Origin: Chthonomonadales bacterium
GTDB lineage: Bacteria; Armatimonadota; Chthonomonadetes; Chthonomonadales; CAJBBX01
Assembly: GCA_037443035.1 (NCBI GenBank)
Contig: JBBIPC010000002.1
Location: 96,001 to 160,000, forward strand
Direction: 5' to 3'
Length of the DNA stretch: 64,000 nt
Shown here: piece by piece, positions 38,817-49,026 of the stretch
Layout: every line of letters begins with the position of its first letter
Position numbering within the stretch: the first letter of the stretch is position 1
Notes under the pieces: generated by a model
What the model was told of the DNA's origin: nothing
What the model saw: only the letters and a program-made list of their open reading frames with translations
Databases searched by the model: none
Translations under genes and position numbers: made by a program

Positions 38817-39425
38817 TCAGGACTTGCGAGGCTTGGCAGGCTTCGCAGGTGTCGGGCCTGGCACGATGTGCATCGAAACGATACGATCGCCCACACGTAT
38901 CGTTCGGACGACATCCATCCCCTTGACGACTTTGCCGAAAACGCAGTAGTCACCATCGAGCTGATGGTTCGACTCGAGATTGATGAACCACTGACTGTCG
39001 CCCGTATCCGACCGGGGCGCTGAGAGTGCCATGGCTATGGTGCCGGGTACATGGGTCAGACTGTTCGTCTCGAATGGGATGGTCTTGCCAGATCCGCCAG
39101 CGCCGATGGCCAGCTCCCGTTTCTTCTGTTCGCTCATCGTTGCCAGCTCTCTGGGCTTCAGGGTCTTCGTCTTCGGATCTCCGGCCTGGACAACGAAGCC
39201 CGGCTCCACACGATGGACCAGTATCCCGTCATAGAATTTCCGTTTGCACAGCGCCAAGAGATGCTGCACAGTCTTCGGAGCCTCGCGCGGATACAGATGC
39301 AGGAGGACCTTCCCACGTCCCTCTACAACTAGTTCCACCTTGACGACCTGAGGCTGCGCCTGAAGCGCCCCGCCAGCTCCTGCCAGCAGCAGGAAAACGA
39401 ACCCGATCCGCCATAGCTTGTGCAC
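38817..39425 (-). CDS. Secreted cyclophilin-type peptidyl-prolyl isomerase
   Basis: APKTV, FYDG..HRV..FVVQAGDP, GTIAMA, DSQWFINL, YCVFGKV; signal peptide. Confidence 0.93.
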   Translation of the reverse strand: MHKLWRIGFVFLLLAGAGGALQAQPQVVKVELVVEGRGKVLLHLYPREAPKTVQHLLALCKRKFYDGILVHRVEPGFVVQAGDPKTKTLKPRELATMSEQKKRELAIGAGGSGKTIPFETNSLTHVPGTIAMALSAPRSDTGDSQWFINLESNHQLDGDYCVFGKVVKGMDVVRTIRVGDRIVSMHIVPGPTPAKPAKPRKS

Positions 39426-39426
39426 G

Positions 39427-40128
39427 TCACTTCTCCTTGACCGAGACGATTGGATCTCCCTGAGCTACCTTGTCCACGACCTCCATCCCCTGGATGACCT
39501 TGCCGAAAACGCAGTAGTCACCGTTGAGACCAACGTTGTCTTTCAGGTTGATGAAGAACTGGCTATCACCCGTGGCAGAGCGTGGCGCATTCAGGGCCAT
39601 CGCCACTGAACCCCGAATGTGTGCCAAGTCGTTGTTCTCGAACGGGATGGGATTGCCGGACCCTCCGCTCCCGATGCCCAGGGCGACCTTCTGCTGCTCA
39701 CTCATGCCTGCCACTTCCTGCACGCTCATCTGCCGCGTCTCGGGATCACCTGCCTGGATGACAAAGTCCGGCACGACGCGGTGAAACTTGATGTCGTTAT
39801 AGAATCCCTTGCGAGCGAGATCGAGGAAGTGCCTCACAGTCTGCGGTGCCGCCTTGGGATAAAGCTCCATCACGATGTCGCCCTTGCCCCCTACCGTCAT
39901 GGTTACGGTTACCACGCCTTCTCTGGGAGGGTTGAAGGTCCGCTTCGCGTTGCGTTCTCTGGCACGCTGTTCCTCGTCCGCCTTCTTCCAGGCCGCCATC
40001 TGTTCCGCTTCCTTGGCCTTGGCAGCATCCTCTTGGGGAGCTGGAGAGAGACGTTTGCTGTCCTGTATGAGGATGGACACTACCAGAGCGATAATGGCTA
40101 TACCCAGGACGGCAAGAACCGATCGCAT
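39427..40128 (-). CDS. Membrane-anchored cyclophilin-type peptidyl-prolyl isomerase
   Basis: N-terminal TM; APQTV, FHRVVPDFVIQAGDP, GSVAMA, DSQFFINL, YCVFGKV. Confidence 0.93.
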   Translation of the reverse strand: MRSVLAVLGIAIIALVVSILIQDSKRLSPAPQEDAAKAKEAEQMAAWKKADEEQRARERNAKRTFNPPREGVVTVTMTVGGKGDIVMELYPKAAPQTVRHFLDLARKGFYNDIKFHRVVPDFVIQAGDPETRQMSVQEVAGMSEQQKVALGIGSGGSGNPIPFENNDLAHIRGSVAMALNAPRSATGDSQFFINLKDNVGLNGDYCVFGKVIQGMEVVDKVAQGDPIVSVKEK

Positions 40129-40307
40129 GCTGACCTCCTGCTGAAGTGATCATCATGTGGACCGCGCCGCGGCACCGCGGCATTCCACATACCGATAGCC
40201 TAGCGCGGCGACGGCCCGTCCGTCACGGACGCCACTGACCGCACCGAACTTCGCTGCATTCGTGCGCCGGCTACTCCTATTACGCAGAAAATGATCGTCT
40301 CAGTGGC

Positions 40308-40336
40308 ATTCTACCTAAGCCCATGGGGACTGTCAA
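40308..40336 (-). promoter_or_regulatory. Near-consensus sigma-70 promoter for the cyclophilin operon
   Basis: Minus strand TTGACA (40336-40331)-N17-TAGAAT (40313-40308). Confidence 0.75.
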
Positions 40337-40366
40337 CGCGCGTCAGCGGTGCGACTCTTCCCGTTG

Positions 40367-40375
40367 TGCTACAAT
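40367..40375 (+). promoter_or_regulatory. Extended -10 promoter for hisF-hisI
   Basis: TG-C-TACAAT about 60 nt upstream of the hisF ATG. Confidence 0.6.
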
Positions 40376-40434
40376 GCGCCTCGTTCCTGGGTTCGCCCCC
40401 ACCTGCGGGAGCTGCTCCGGATCTCTACCGCAAG

Positions 40435-41205
40435 ATGCTAGCCCGACGTGTCATACCGTGTTTGGACGTTCGCGCCGGTCGCGTCGTCAAGGGGGTCAAC
40501 TTCGTAGGCCTCCGTGACGCTGGCGATCCGGTGGAGCTCGCCAAGCGCTACGACTACATGGGAGCCGACGAACTCGTGTTCCTCGATATCACCGCCAGCC
40601 ATGAGGACCGAGACATCATCTACAGTGTCGTAGAACAAGTGGCCCGTCACGTGTTCATCCCTTTCACCGTGGGCGGGGGCATTCGGACGACGGACGATAT
40701 TCGAAGGCTCCTAGGTGCGGGCGCTGACAAGGTGAGCCTCAACACAGCACCCGTGCTCCGACCCGACCTAGTCGCAGAGGCTGCGGAGATGTTCGGCAGT
40801 CAGTGCATTGTTGTCGCCATTGACCCGAAGCGCATCGGTACGAACGCTGATGGTAGCCCGATCTGGGAGGTCTACACGCACGGCGGCAGACGTCCGAGTG
40901 GTCTCGAAGCTGTGGCATGGGCGAAGCGGGTGGAGCAGCTCGGCGCGGGAGAGATCCTCTTGACGAGCATGGATCGGGATGGTACGCAGATCGGCTATGA
41001 CATTCCGCTGACGCGGGCTGTAGCCGAGGCCGTTGGCGTACCGGTCATTGCCTCAGGAGGAGCAGGTACCCCGCAGCATTGCCTGGAGGCCATCACCGAG
41101 GGGCGAGCCGATGCTGTGCTGGTCGCCTCCATCGTCCACGACGACAAGTACAGCATCGCTGATATCAAGCGCTATCTGGCGCAGCATGGAGTGTGCACGC
41201 GGTGA
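40435..41205 (+). CDS. hisF: Imidazole glycerol phosphate synthase cyclase subunit
   Basis: [62 protein letters not shown]. Confidence 0.97.
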   Translation: MLARRVIPCLDVRAGRVVKGVNFVGLRDAGDPVELAKRYDYMGADELVFLDITASHEDRDIIYSVVEQVARHVFIPFTVGGGIRTTDDIRRLLGAGADKVSLNTAPVLRPDLVAEAAEMFGSQCIVVAIDPKRIGTNADGSPIWEVYTHGGRRPSGLEAVAWAKRVEQLGAGEILLTSMDRDGTQIGYDIPLTRAVAEAVGVPVIASGGAGTPQHCLEAITEGRADAVLVASIVHDDKYSIADIKRYLAQHGVCTR

Positions 41206-41594
41206 GTTCTGCGGAGTTTGCGACAAGTCTGAAATACGATTCACAGGGGCTGATACCCGCCGTGGTCCAGGACGCTGCCAATCATCAGGTTCTCATGGTC
41301 GCCTACATGAACGAAGCCGCCGTGGTGCGGACGCTGGAGACCCGACGTGTGACGTACTGGAGTCGATCACGGAAGGCATTCTGGGTAAAGGGAGAGACTT
41401 CGGGCAACACACAGACCCTTGTCGAGGCTCGCGTCGACTGCGACCTGGACTGCCTGCTCCTGTTCGTCGAACAAGAGGGTGAGGCCTGCCATGAGGGATA
41501 CCGTTCGTGCTTCTACCGTCGCGTCAATGACGCGGGCGGTCTGGATGTCATCGAAGAGCGTCTGCGCCTTCCTCAAGAGATCTACCGGTCCTGA
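41202..41594 (+). CDS. hisI: Phosphoribosyl-AMP cyclohydrolase
   Basis: [44 protein letters not shown] overlap with the hisF stop. Confidence 0.95.
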   Translation: MSSAEFATSLKYDSQGLIPAVVQDAANHQVLMVAYMNEAAVVRTLETRRVTYWSRSRKAFWVKGETSGNTQTLVEARVDCDLDCLLLFVEQEGEACHEGYRSCFYRRVNDAGGLDVIEERLRLPQEIYRS

Positions 41595-41631
41595 GTTCGG
41601 CTCTGTCAGGTCCCGTCCACGGCGGGTTCCT

Positions 41632-44600
41632 ATGCGTTGGCCGTTCTCCAGGGGGTCCGGCTGCTGCTCGGTCCGCCACCCCGGGACACGCCACCTCGTA
41701 CGCGTTGCTGCAGGGAGCCTTTGTGTTCTCGTCCTGCTCGGCGGTCTCTCGCTGGGGGTTCTCGCTGCTCCAACGTATCCCGACATACTTCCCCTATCCC
41801 AGGTCAAGCCGGGCATGAGCGGTTACGGACTCACAGTGTTCCGTGGCACGAAAGTGGAGCGTTTCGGTGTCACGGTCGTTGCTGTGGTGCGAAACGGCAG
41901 CTTGGTAGCGCCTGGTCACGACATGATCCTCGTCCGCCTGTCTGGCGGACCTATGACGACCCGCAAAGCCAACCTCATCCGTGGCATGAGCGGGAGCCCC
42001 GTCTATATCCGTGGCAAGTGCATCGGTGCGTTCTCGCAAGGCGAACCAAGCACCAAGGAACCCCTCGGTGGAGTGACTCCCATCGAGGACATGCTGGAAG
42101 CATGGGATCCGAAGCTCCCCGACAAGCCTGAGGCTGCTGGGTTGTTTCGATGGGATACGAGCCATCGTTCGTCGCGAGCGTTAGCGCTGCGGACGCCGCT
42201 TCGCATTGGCGCACGAGTGGTTCGACGGATCGTGTTCGACGCTGGCACTGCCGGCATCCCCAGCGGAACCGATACCGTCTACCTGCGGCCGTGCGCGACC
42301 ATGGTGACGGTGTCGGGCTTTTCTCGGCACGCTCGGAAGCGTCTGGCGGACTTGCTGCGTCCGTACGGCGTAGAGGTAGTTCAGACCGCCGGTGGCGGCA
42401 AATCCGTCCAGTTCGCGGGAGCATCGCTACGCCCAGGCGCTTCGTTCTCGGTGATGCTCATGCGGGGGGACCTGACCAGCGGTGCGACAGGCACCGTGAC
42501 CTACCGCCGTGGAGACAGGTTTCTGGGCTTCGGTCACCCCTTCATGGGGATCGGTCCCCTGCCAGCCCCCGTATGCGCGGCGTATGTGCATGACGTCTAC
42601 CCACTGAACTCGGGATCGTACAAGATCACGACACCCGGGCCAGTGCTCGGATCGCTGGAACAGGACCGGCCGTTCTGCGTGAGCGGACATGTCGGTTCCG
42701 GACCTCCTATGATCCCCGTTACCGTCGAAGTAGAGGACCGCACCATACATCGGAGCAAGACGTACCGAATGCAGGTCGTGCGCCATCCCCGCTTGTACGC
42801 TGGCCTGGTGGGTCTGGCCGTCGGCTCGGCCATCGCGGACCTTCACAGCGTGCCAGGTCCGGTGACCGCCGGGGTCGAGACAGCAGTGGAGACCGAGCGG
42901 CTCGGCACCGTCCACCGCACGAACGAGGTCTATGACGCAAACATGATCGATGTGGCCGTCACGGGGGATCTCGAGTCCATTCTCAACGTGCTCGCGTCCA
43001 ATCCCTTCGAGCCCATGCTCATCTCCGGTGCACGTGTCCGTGTCACCCTCAACCCGGGCCGCAAGACTGCTACGATCGAACAGGTAGCAGCTACGGCAAG
43101 CAAGTACGAGCCTGGTCAGACGGCCGAGATCGCCGTCACGCTGAGGCCGTTCGGCAAGGAACCGGTCGTCCGGACGCTCCAGATCCCGATTCCCGCGCAC
43201 TGCCCTGCGAGCCGGCTGACCTTGACGGTTCAGGGCGGCGCTCCTGCTCCCAGTGTGTCCATCGGAGGGCTCGTGTTCAGGCCATCGCAGCCTGCCCCGA
43301 CCGAGAAGGCACCACCTACCAACGTTCGACAGATGCTAGACCAACTGCTGCGCCGAGAGGCCGGCAATGAGATCGCCGCTATTCTCAGCCTTCCCTCTAC
43401 CTCCGTCGCCGTGAACGGCGAACCGCTGCGCGGGCTGCCGCCGACGCTGGATGCAGCACTGCGCTCCAGCCGCTTATCATCGGTGAAGACGGATCGTGAT
43501 GAGGTTCGAGTCGTGCTGCCCACGGAGTGGGTCGTGAGCGGCCGTCAGACGCTCACTATCAACGTCGAGAAGCGTGGCACACGGCAGGGCTCCAGCGCAG
43601 CCTCGCCCCAGCCATCGTCTTCTCCGGGTTCCGGAACCAGCTCCTCACCAAGACAGAGTCTCGACATGGACTTCGCCATGTCCACGAGCACTACATCGTC
43701 TCAACGGCAGCGCGCCCCGAATACGCCCGACCGCAATACCACCGGCAGCAGCCAAGAAACGCAGCGAAGCAAGACCGAGGCGTCCCAGTCGTCCCCTGCG
43801 ACGGAGTCTCCAAGACCTTCTCCTGTTGCCAAGGTTGCGAAGACCTGGAAGCACAGCTCGGCCAAGGATTGGGCTACCGCAAAGCTCGAAAAGGTGACTG
43901 TCACCTCCACGGGCGAGGTTCGTCTCACCGAAGCGCTGGTGCCCGTGTGCCAGTTGCCCGAACCTGTCGTCTGGTGCCTCGTCTCGGATGGCCGGGGCGG
44001 AGCTTACGCTGGCGCGGGTACGAATGCGCGCGTGTTCCACATCGCATCCGACGGTAGTGTCAAGACGATCGCATCCCTTCCCGAGGTATCCGTGCATGCC
44101 CTGCTCCTGCTACCGGATGGCACATTGCTGGCCGGCACAGCGCCGCATGGCCGGACGTATCGCATTGCTCCCGACGGAACTCCCACAGTGCTTCACGAGG
44201 CCACTGAGCCCTATGTACTTGCCCTGGCTCGTGCCTCCGACGGCACCATTTTCATCGGTACCGGCGGCGGCAGTGGTGCTCTCTACCGGATCACTCCCGA
44301 CGGGAATGCAGCGGTTGTCCAGAAGAACGTAGACCAGCACATACTCAGCCTCTGCGTGGTGGGGAACAATGTCTACGCCGGTACGGCTGGCATGGGAGCC
44401 GTACTCAGGTTCTCGGCCGATGGCCACTCGACCCCACTCCTGGACGCAGCCGGAGAGTCCTTCACTTGTGTGGCGGAAGGTCGGAATGGCAACATCTATG
44501 CGGTGACATCGCCGCGGGGTGCTGTGTGGCAGATCTCGGATCGTGGGCAAGCGGTCGCGCTCATGGACAACCCGTCTTCAGGGTTCCAGACCGTCGCCGT

Positions 44601-45912
44601 GCGCCCAGATGGGACGACGGTGGCGGCGGGCGCGTCAACCGTCGTGGCGCTCGATGCAGGCGGACGCAGCGCGCCACTGGATGCTCCCACGACTGCGGAG
44701 ATCCTGTGCGCGGCGACAGGTGCGGACGGTACCATCTGGATAGGTACTGCGAACAACGGACAGGTCCTGCGAACCGCCACGTCCAGCAGCCTCTCAGGTA
44801 CGCTCGAGTCTGGCATCCTCGATGCCGGCAGTGTTGCCCGCTGGGGCCACGTGGCCATTACGGCAGCTACGCCCGAGGGTACGTCGGTTCTACTCGAGAC
44901 TCGGTCCGGCCAGGTCTCCGAGCCGGACGCGAGCTGGAGCTCGTGGGCGCGCCTGCAACCCGAGGGGAATGGAGGTCGGGTTCTGAGCCCTCCGGCCAGA
45001 TACTTGCAGTATCGTCTGACGCTGACCGCCGGGCCCGATAGATCTACCCCAGCGGTTCAGGCTGTCACCGTTTCCTACCTTCCGGCAAACCGTGCTCCGA
45101 CCGTAGCGTTCCAGGTGCCGACGGGGGGCGAAGAGTGGTCTGGCGTACAGACGCTGAAGTGGCAAGCGTCGGATCCAGATCAGGATGCACTGGCCTACGC
45201 TGTCGAGTACTCCAGGGACGGAGGTAGGACGTGGCAGGCTCTGCCTGAAACCGCGCTCCAGCCTGGAGAGAAGAAGGAAGGTTCCACCTCGACCTCAGCC
45301 CCTACTCAACCAACGAGTCGCAAGCCCCTGACCGTCGCCCAGGTCACGGCCGAACTGGACCGCCATCCTGACCTTCCACCTGCGCTTCGTCAGGAGATCC
45401 TGGATAGGACCCGTGCCCTCAACGCTGAAAGCGGACAGACGCAGGTCGCCCCTGCCACCTCTCAGCCGCGCATTTCCCGCGAGACATCGCGGTCTCTAGA
45501 CACTAAGCGCCTCGAAGACGGTGTCTACATGTTCCGGGTAACGGCCACCGATGCACCATCCAACTGGACCGATGTTGCCTCGACTTCGGCGTTGTCCAAG
45601 GAAGTGGTGATCTGCAACACCCCTCCCGTCGTGTTCTTGCTGCATGCGACGAAAAGCCTTGCGAAGGACGGGGTCCTAAGTCTGGAGTGCGCGGCCGTTC
45701 AGTCAACGGTGATCGTGACAGCTGCACAATGGCGTCTAGATGGAGGCGACTGGAGCGCCGCAGCTCCAGTGGATGGTCTCGCGGACAGTCGGATGGAACG
45801 GTTTCTCGTCACGACGCCGCCCATTCCGCCAGGCAAGCACACTCTAGAAGTGCAGGTCTTCAACAGCGCAGGTCTGTCAACAACCGAGAAGCTCGTTCTA
45901 GAGATCCCGTAA
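41632..45912 (+). CDS. SpoIVB/peptidase S55 domain protein fused to beta-propeller and Ig-like domains
   Basis: GYGLTVF.G, IRGMSGSPVY (catalytic Ser), FGHPF; Ser/Thr/Pro linker; repeated DGT..aGT propeller blades; RYLQYRLTL; C-terminal Ig-like repeats. Start uncertain. Confidence 0.8.
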   Translation: MRWPFSRGSGCCSVRHPGTRHLVRVAAGSLCVLVLLGGLSLGVLAAPTYPDILPLSQVKPGMSGYGLTVFRGTKVERFGVTVVAVVRNGSLVAPGHDMILVRLSGGPMTTRKANLIRGMSGSPVYIRGKCIGAFSQGEPSTKEPLGGVTPIEDMLEAWDPKLPDKPEAAGLFRWDTSHRSSRALALRTPLRIGARVVRRIVFDAGTAGIPSGTDTVYLRPCATMVTVSGFSRHARKRLADLLRPYGVEVVQTAGGGKSVQFAGASLRPGASFSVMLMRGDLTSGATGTVTYRRGDRFLGFGHPFMGIGPLPAPVCAAYVHDVYPLNSGSYKITTPGPVLGSLEQDRPFCVSGHVGSGPPMIPVTVEVEDRTIHRSKTYRMQVVRHPRLYAGLVGLAVGSAIADLHSVPGPVTAGVETAVETERLGTVHRTNEVYDANMIDVAVTGDLESILNVLASNPFEPMLISGARVRVTLNPGRKTATIEQVAATASKYEPGQTAEIAVTLRPFGKEPVVRTLQIPIPAHCPASRLTLTVQGGAPAPSVSIGGLVFRPSQPAPTEKAPPTNVRQMLDQLLRREAGNEIAAILSLPSTSVAVNGEPLRGLPPTLDAALRSSRLSSVKTDRDEVRVVLPTEWVVSGRQTLTINVEKRGTRQGSSAASPQPSSSPGSGTSSSPRQSLDMDFAMSTSTTSSQRQRAPNTPDRNTTGSSQETQRSKTEASQSSPATESPRPSPVAKVAKTWKHSSAKDWATAKLEKVTVTSTGEVRLTEALVPVCQLPEPVVWCLVSDGRGGAYAGAGTNARVFHIASDGSVKTIASLPEVSVHALLLLPDGTLLAGTAPHGRTYRIAPDGTPTVLHEATEPYVLALARASDGTIFIGTGGGSGALYRITPDGNAAVVQKNVDQHILSLCVVGNNVYAGTAGMGAVLRFSADGHSTPLLDAAGESFTCVAEGRNGNIYAVTSPRGAVWQISDRGQAVALMDNPSSGFQTVAVRPDGTTVAAGASTVVALDAGGRSAPLDAPTTAEILCAATGADGTIWIGTANNGQVLRTATSSSLSGTLESGILDAGSVARWGHVAITAATPEGTSVLLETRSGQVSEPDASWSSWARLQPEGNGGRVLSPPARYLQYRLTLTAGPDRSTPAVQAVTVSYLPANRAPTVAFQVPTGGEEWSGVQTLKWQASDPDQDALAYAVEYSRDGGRTWQALPETALQPGEKKEGSTSTSAPTQPTSRKPLTVAQVTAELDRHPDLPPALRQEILDRTRALNAESGQTQVAPATSQPRISRETSRSLDTKRLEDGVYMFRVTATDAPSNWTDVASTSALSKEVVICNTPPVVFLLHATKSLAKDGVLSLECAAVQSTVIVTAAQWRLDGGDWSAAAPVDGLADSRMERFLVTTPPIPPGKHTLEVQVFNSAGLSTTEKLVLEIP

Positions 45913-45945
45913 CTACCTGTCCGTAACACGACGAGGAGAAGGATT

Positions 45946-47292
45946 GTGAAGCACATCTGGCTCTATCTCAGCAAGAGCGATGTCGAAATCGAGCGCAGGC
46001 AATGTCTCGAGGAGGGCCGCGACATCCGTGGCCTGGAAGACCGGTTCGAGCGGGTCCTCGCCCTGGACCTCGAGGATCCGGTCAACCAGCCGGAGGCAGA
46101 GGCCTTGCTGGATGCCACGATACGTCAGCCCTTACGGGCGGACTACCCTTACGTAGAACCTTCGGACTTGGCGGGCATTGTCGCGCAACGTCCACGAAAA
46201 GCCGTACACATTCAGCCCCCTCGCCTGACGCCTGCTGAGCTCGAGGACAAGATCTACGGCGCTTGGACTGGAAGATGCGTGGGATGCCTTCTCGGCAAGC
46301 CCGTGGAAGGATGGCGACGCCCCCGCATGTGGGGCTACCTGAAGGACACAGGCCGCTGGCCTCTTAGCGACTACTTCCGCTATGACATCGCCGATCCAGC
46401 GATCAGACAGCGATACGACCTGCGACCAGGCGCCGCATTCGCCGACCTCGTGGACCACATGCCGGAGGACGATGACACGAACTACACCACGACGGGACTG
46501 GCCGTGATGCAACGGTATGGGCCTGACTTCACTCCTGAGAACGTCGCCGATTTCTGGATGAGCGATATCCCCATTCTCCACACGTGCACTGCTGAGCGTG
46601 TGGCCTACCGGAATTTCGTAAGGCTCATACCACCCCCTCGCTCGGCAACTTTCCGCAATCCTTACCGCGAATGGATTGGGGCGCAGATCCGTGCCGACTT
46701 CTGGGGCTATGTCGCCCCCGGCAGACCTGAGACAGCCGCAGAGTTCGCGTGGCGTGATGCGTGCGTCAGCCATGTGAAGAACGGTATCTACGGCGAGATG
46801 TGGGCGGCTGCCATGGTATCGGCGGCCTTCACCACCACGTCGGTTGCAGAGTTGCCCGAAATCGGCCTTAGATACGTCCCCGAGCGCAGTCGCCTCGCTG
46901 AAGCTATCCGGGAAGTCATCCAGTGGCGCAAGGACAGGATCGTCTATGACGAGGCGGTAGATCGCGTGCATGCGGGTTGGGACGAGAACCACGGCCACGA
47001 CTGGTGCCACACGATCTCCAACGCCATGATCGTGTCTATCGGTCTGCTCTGGGGTGAGGAGGATTTCGCCCTCTCGATTTGCCGCGCTGTTCAGCCCTGC
47101 TTCGATACGGACTGCAATGGTGCTACGGTCGGATCCATCATGGGTGCGTACCTGGGACGCAAGGCCCTGCCAGCGTCATGGGCCGACCATATCCACGACA
47201 CGCTCCATACCGGCGTGACCGGCTACCACGTGGTGCACCTTCGGGACATCACGCGCGATACATTGCGGCAGATCGAGAGGGTCGTCTCTTAG
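45946..47292 (+). CDS. ADP-ribosylglycohydrolase family protein
   Basis: GAWTGRCVGCLLGKPVEG, EDDDTNYT, WIGAQIRAD, DTDCNGATVGS. Confidence 0.9.
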   Translation: MKHIWLYLSKSDVEIERRQCLEEGRDIRGLEDRFERVLALDLEDPVNQPEAEALLDATIRQPLRADYPYVEPSDLAGIVAQRPRKAVHIQPPRLTPAELEDKIYGAWTGRCVGCLLGKPVEGWRRPRMWGYLKDTGRWPLSDYFRYDIADPAIRQRYDLRPGAAFADLVDHMPEDDDTNYTTTGLAVMQRYGPDFTPENVADFWMSDIPILHTCTAERVAYRNFVRLIPPPRSATFRNPYREWIGAQIRADFWGYVAPGRPETAAEFAWRDACVSHVKNGIYGEMWAAAMVSAAFTTTSVAELPEIGLRYVPERSRLAEAIREVIQWRKDRIVYDEAVDRVHAGWDENHGHDWCHTISNAMIVSIGLLWGEEDFALSICRAVQPCFDTDCNGATVGSIMGAYLGRKALPASWADHIHDTLHTGVTGYHVVHLRDITRDTLRQIERVVS

Positions 47293-47349
47293 CGGCGTGA
47301 CTACGGACGGATCGGCAGCGAGTCCGGGGTGGGAACGACAGGGCCCCGC

Positions 47350-48606
47350 CTAGAGGTCCTGCAATGCGGCCACGGCTTCCTCGACGGCCTCCCCGAACGC
47401 CCGAACAGCCTGGTCTACCTGGGACTCGGAAATGACCGCTGGCGGTTCGAACCGAATGACTTTCGGGTTGTTCAGCGTGTATGCGGCAATGACTCCTCGA
47501 CGCGCCATGCCGTTGATCGTCAGCTCGGCGACATCCTTCACCGCGAACTCCACACCGACCATGAGGCCCATACCCCGTACCTCTTCGAGGGCCTCGGGAA
47601 AGCGTGACTGCACCTCTCGCAAGCCTGTCATGAGCTGTTCGCCACGAGCCTTGGCCTGGGCAACCAGTCCGTCCCGTTCGATGACCTGGAGCGCAGCCAG
47701 CGCCGCTGTGCATGCCAGTGGATTGCCGCCGAACGTACTCGTGTGCACGAGGGGGTTCTCACGAAATGCCTTCTCCCAGATCTCCGGTGTGGACATCACC
47801 GCACCGATGGGCATGACGCCACCACCGAGCGCCTTAGCCAGAGTCAGGATATCCGGAGCTACACCGTAGTGTTGGCATGCGAACATGGCGCCCGTACGAC
47901 CCAAACCCGTCTGCACCTCGTCTAGAATGAGTAACACGCCTCGATCGTTGCAGATCCGCCGCAGCGTTGGCAGGTAGTCGGCATCCGGGCAGCGAATGCC
48001 ACCCTCTCCTTGTATCGGCTCCACCAATACCCCGGCAGTGTCTTCGTCAATGGCATCGGCCACCGCAGATGCGTCATTGAACGGTACATGGACGAAGCCA
48101 GGTACGAGGGGATCGAACGGCCGTCGGAAGAGCTCGCGGCCAGTGGCAGAAAGAGAGCCCATGCTCTTCCCATGAAACCCTCCCACTGTGCAGACGAACC
48201 CTGTCTTGCCGGTGGCAATCCGCGCGATCTTGATGGCGCCTTCCACCGCCTCTGTGCCGCTATTGCACACGAACGTGTAGCGCAGCTCACCCGGAGCGAC
48301 CTCGGCAAGTTTCTCGGCTAGGTTCGCGAGAGGCGCACTGAAGAAGGTGCGGCTCGAGAGCGGCATGACCTCGAGCTGTTCGCGGACGGCTGACACCACA
48401 TCCGGGTGGGCATGGCCCAGCGTGAAGACGCCATACCCGCCTAGGCAATCCAGGTACTCCGCACCAGAGGCCGTCCGCACGATGCATCCAGAGGCGCTGA
48501 CCTCCACATCACCGAAGCCACCAAACTTCATGAGGCTTGCCAACCACGGGTTGACGTACTCCTGGTACTTGCTGATGACATCCTCAATGTAAGCTTCGCT
48601 GCTCAC
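47350..48606 (-). CDS. Class-III PLP aminotransferase, putrescine aminotransferase (PatA)-like
   Basis: YLDCLGGYG, NSGTEAVEGA, FHGKSMGSLS, EPIQGEGG, DEVQTGLGRTG, LAKALGGG, HTSTFGGNP, IRFEPP. Confidence 0.85.
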   Translation of the reverse strand: MSSEAYIEDVISKYQEYVNPWLASLMKFGGFGDVEVSASGCIVRTASGAEYLDCLGGYGVFTLGHAHPDVVSAVREQLEVMPLSSRTFFSAPLANLAEKLAEVAPGELRYTFVCNSGTEAVEGAIKIARIATGKTGFVCTVGGFHGKSMGSLSATGRELFRRPFDPLVPGFVHVPFNDASAVADAIDEDTAGVLVEPIQGEGGIRCPDADYLPTLRRICNDRGVLLILDEVQTGLGRTGAMFACQHYGVAPDILTLAKALGGGVMPIGAVMSTPEIWEKAFRENPLVHTSTFGGNPLACTAALAALQVIERDGLVAQAKARGEQLMTGLREVQSRFPEALEEVRGMGLMVGVEFAVKDVAELTINGMARRGVIAAYTLNNPKVIRFEPPAVISESQVDQAVRAFGEAVEEAVAALQDL

Positions 48607-48989
48607 GCATCGTCCTCCGAACTGGTCTCGCCAACCTCAGCTTCGGTCTGATAGAACTCGTCCGTGTGGTGCCATGCGGGCACACCGAATACGATGGTGG
48701 TGATGTCGCCATACGCTCGATGGAATGTGCCCGGCTCGATGAGCACGGTCACTCCTGGCTCCAGATCCACCACATCATCGTTCAGTTCCATCTTGCCGCG
48801 CCCCTCCAAGATGTAGTAGTACTCCGTACACTCCTTGTGGTAGTGGCGCACAGAATCGGTGATGTGCGTGACATGCAGGTTGGCAACGGGTGTGTCGGCA
48901 GCCGTGATGATCCGCGTGCTAGCGCCACACTTGGATGCCACCACCGGCGCCTCGGACTTCTTCCTATAGATGTATCCCTTGCTGTTCAT
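48603..48989 (-). CDS. Cupin domain protein
   Basis: HYH...EYYYILEGRG...PGTFH cupin metal motifs. Confidence 0.88.
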   Translation of the reverse strand: MNSKGYIYRKKSEAPVVASKCGASTRIITAADTPVANLHVTHITDSVRHYHKECTEYYYILEGRGKMELNDDVVDLEPGVTVLIEPGTFHRAYGDITTIVFGVPAWHHTDEFYQTEAEVGETSSEDDA

Positions 48990-49026
48990 GGCGGGGTTCT
49001 CCTCTCGTTCATCCAGTCGCGTTCTG

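Noticed and set aside
45946..47292. ADP-ribosylglycohydrolase as immunity protein for an eCIS toxin
   Set aside because: Separated from the locus by an unrelated operon; no ADP-ribosyltransferase motif recognised in the giant protein; this subfamily is common on its own.
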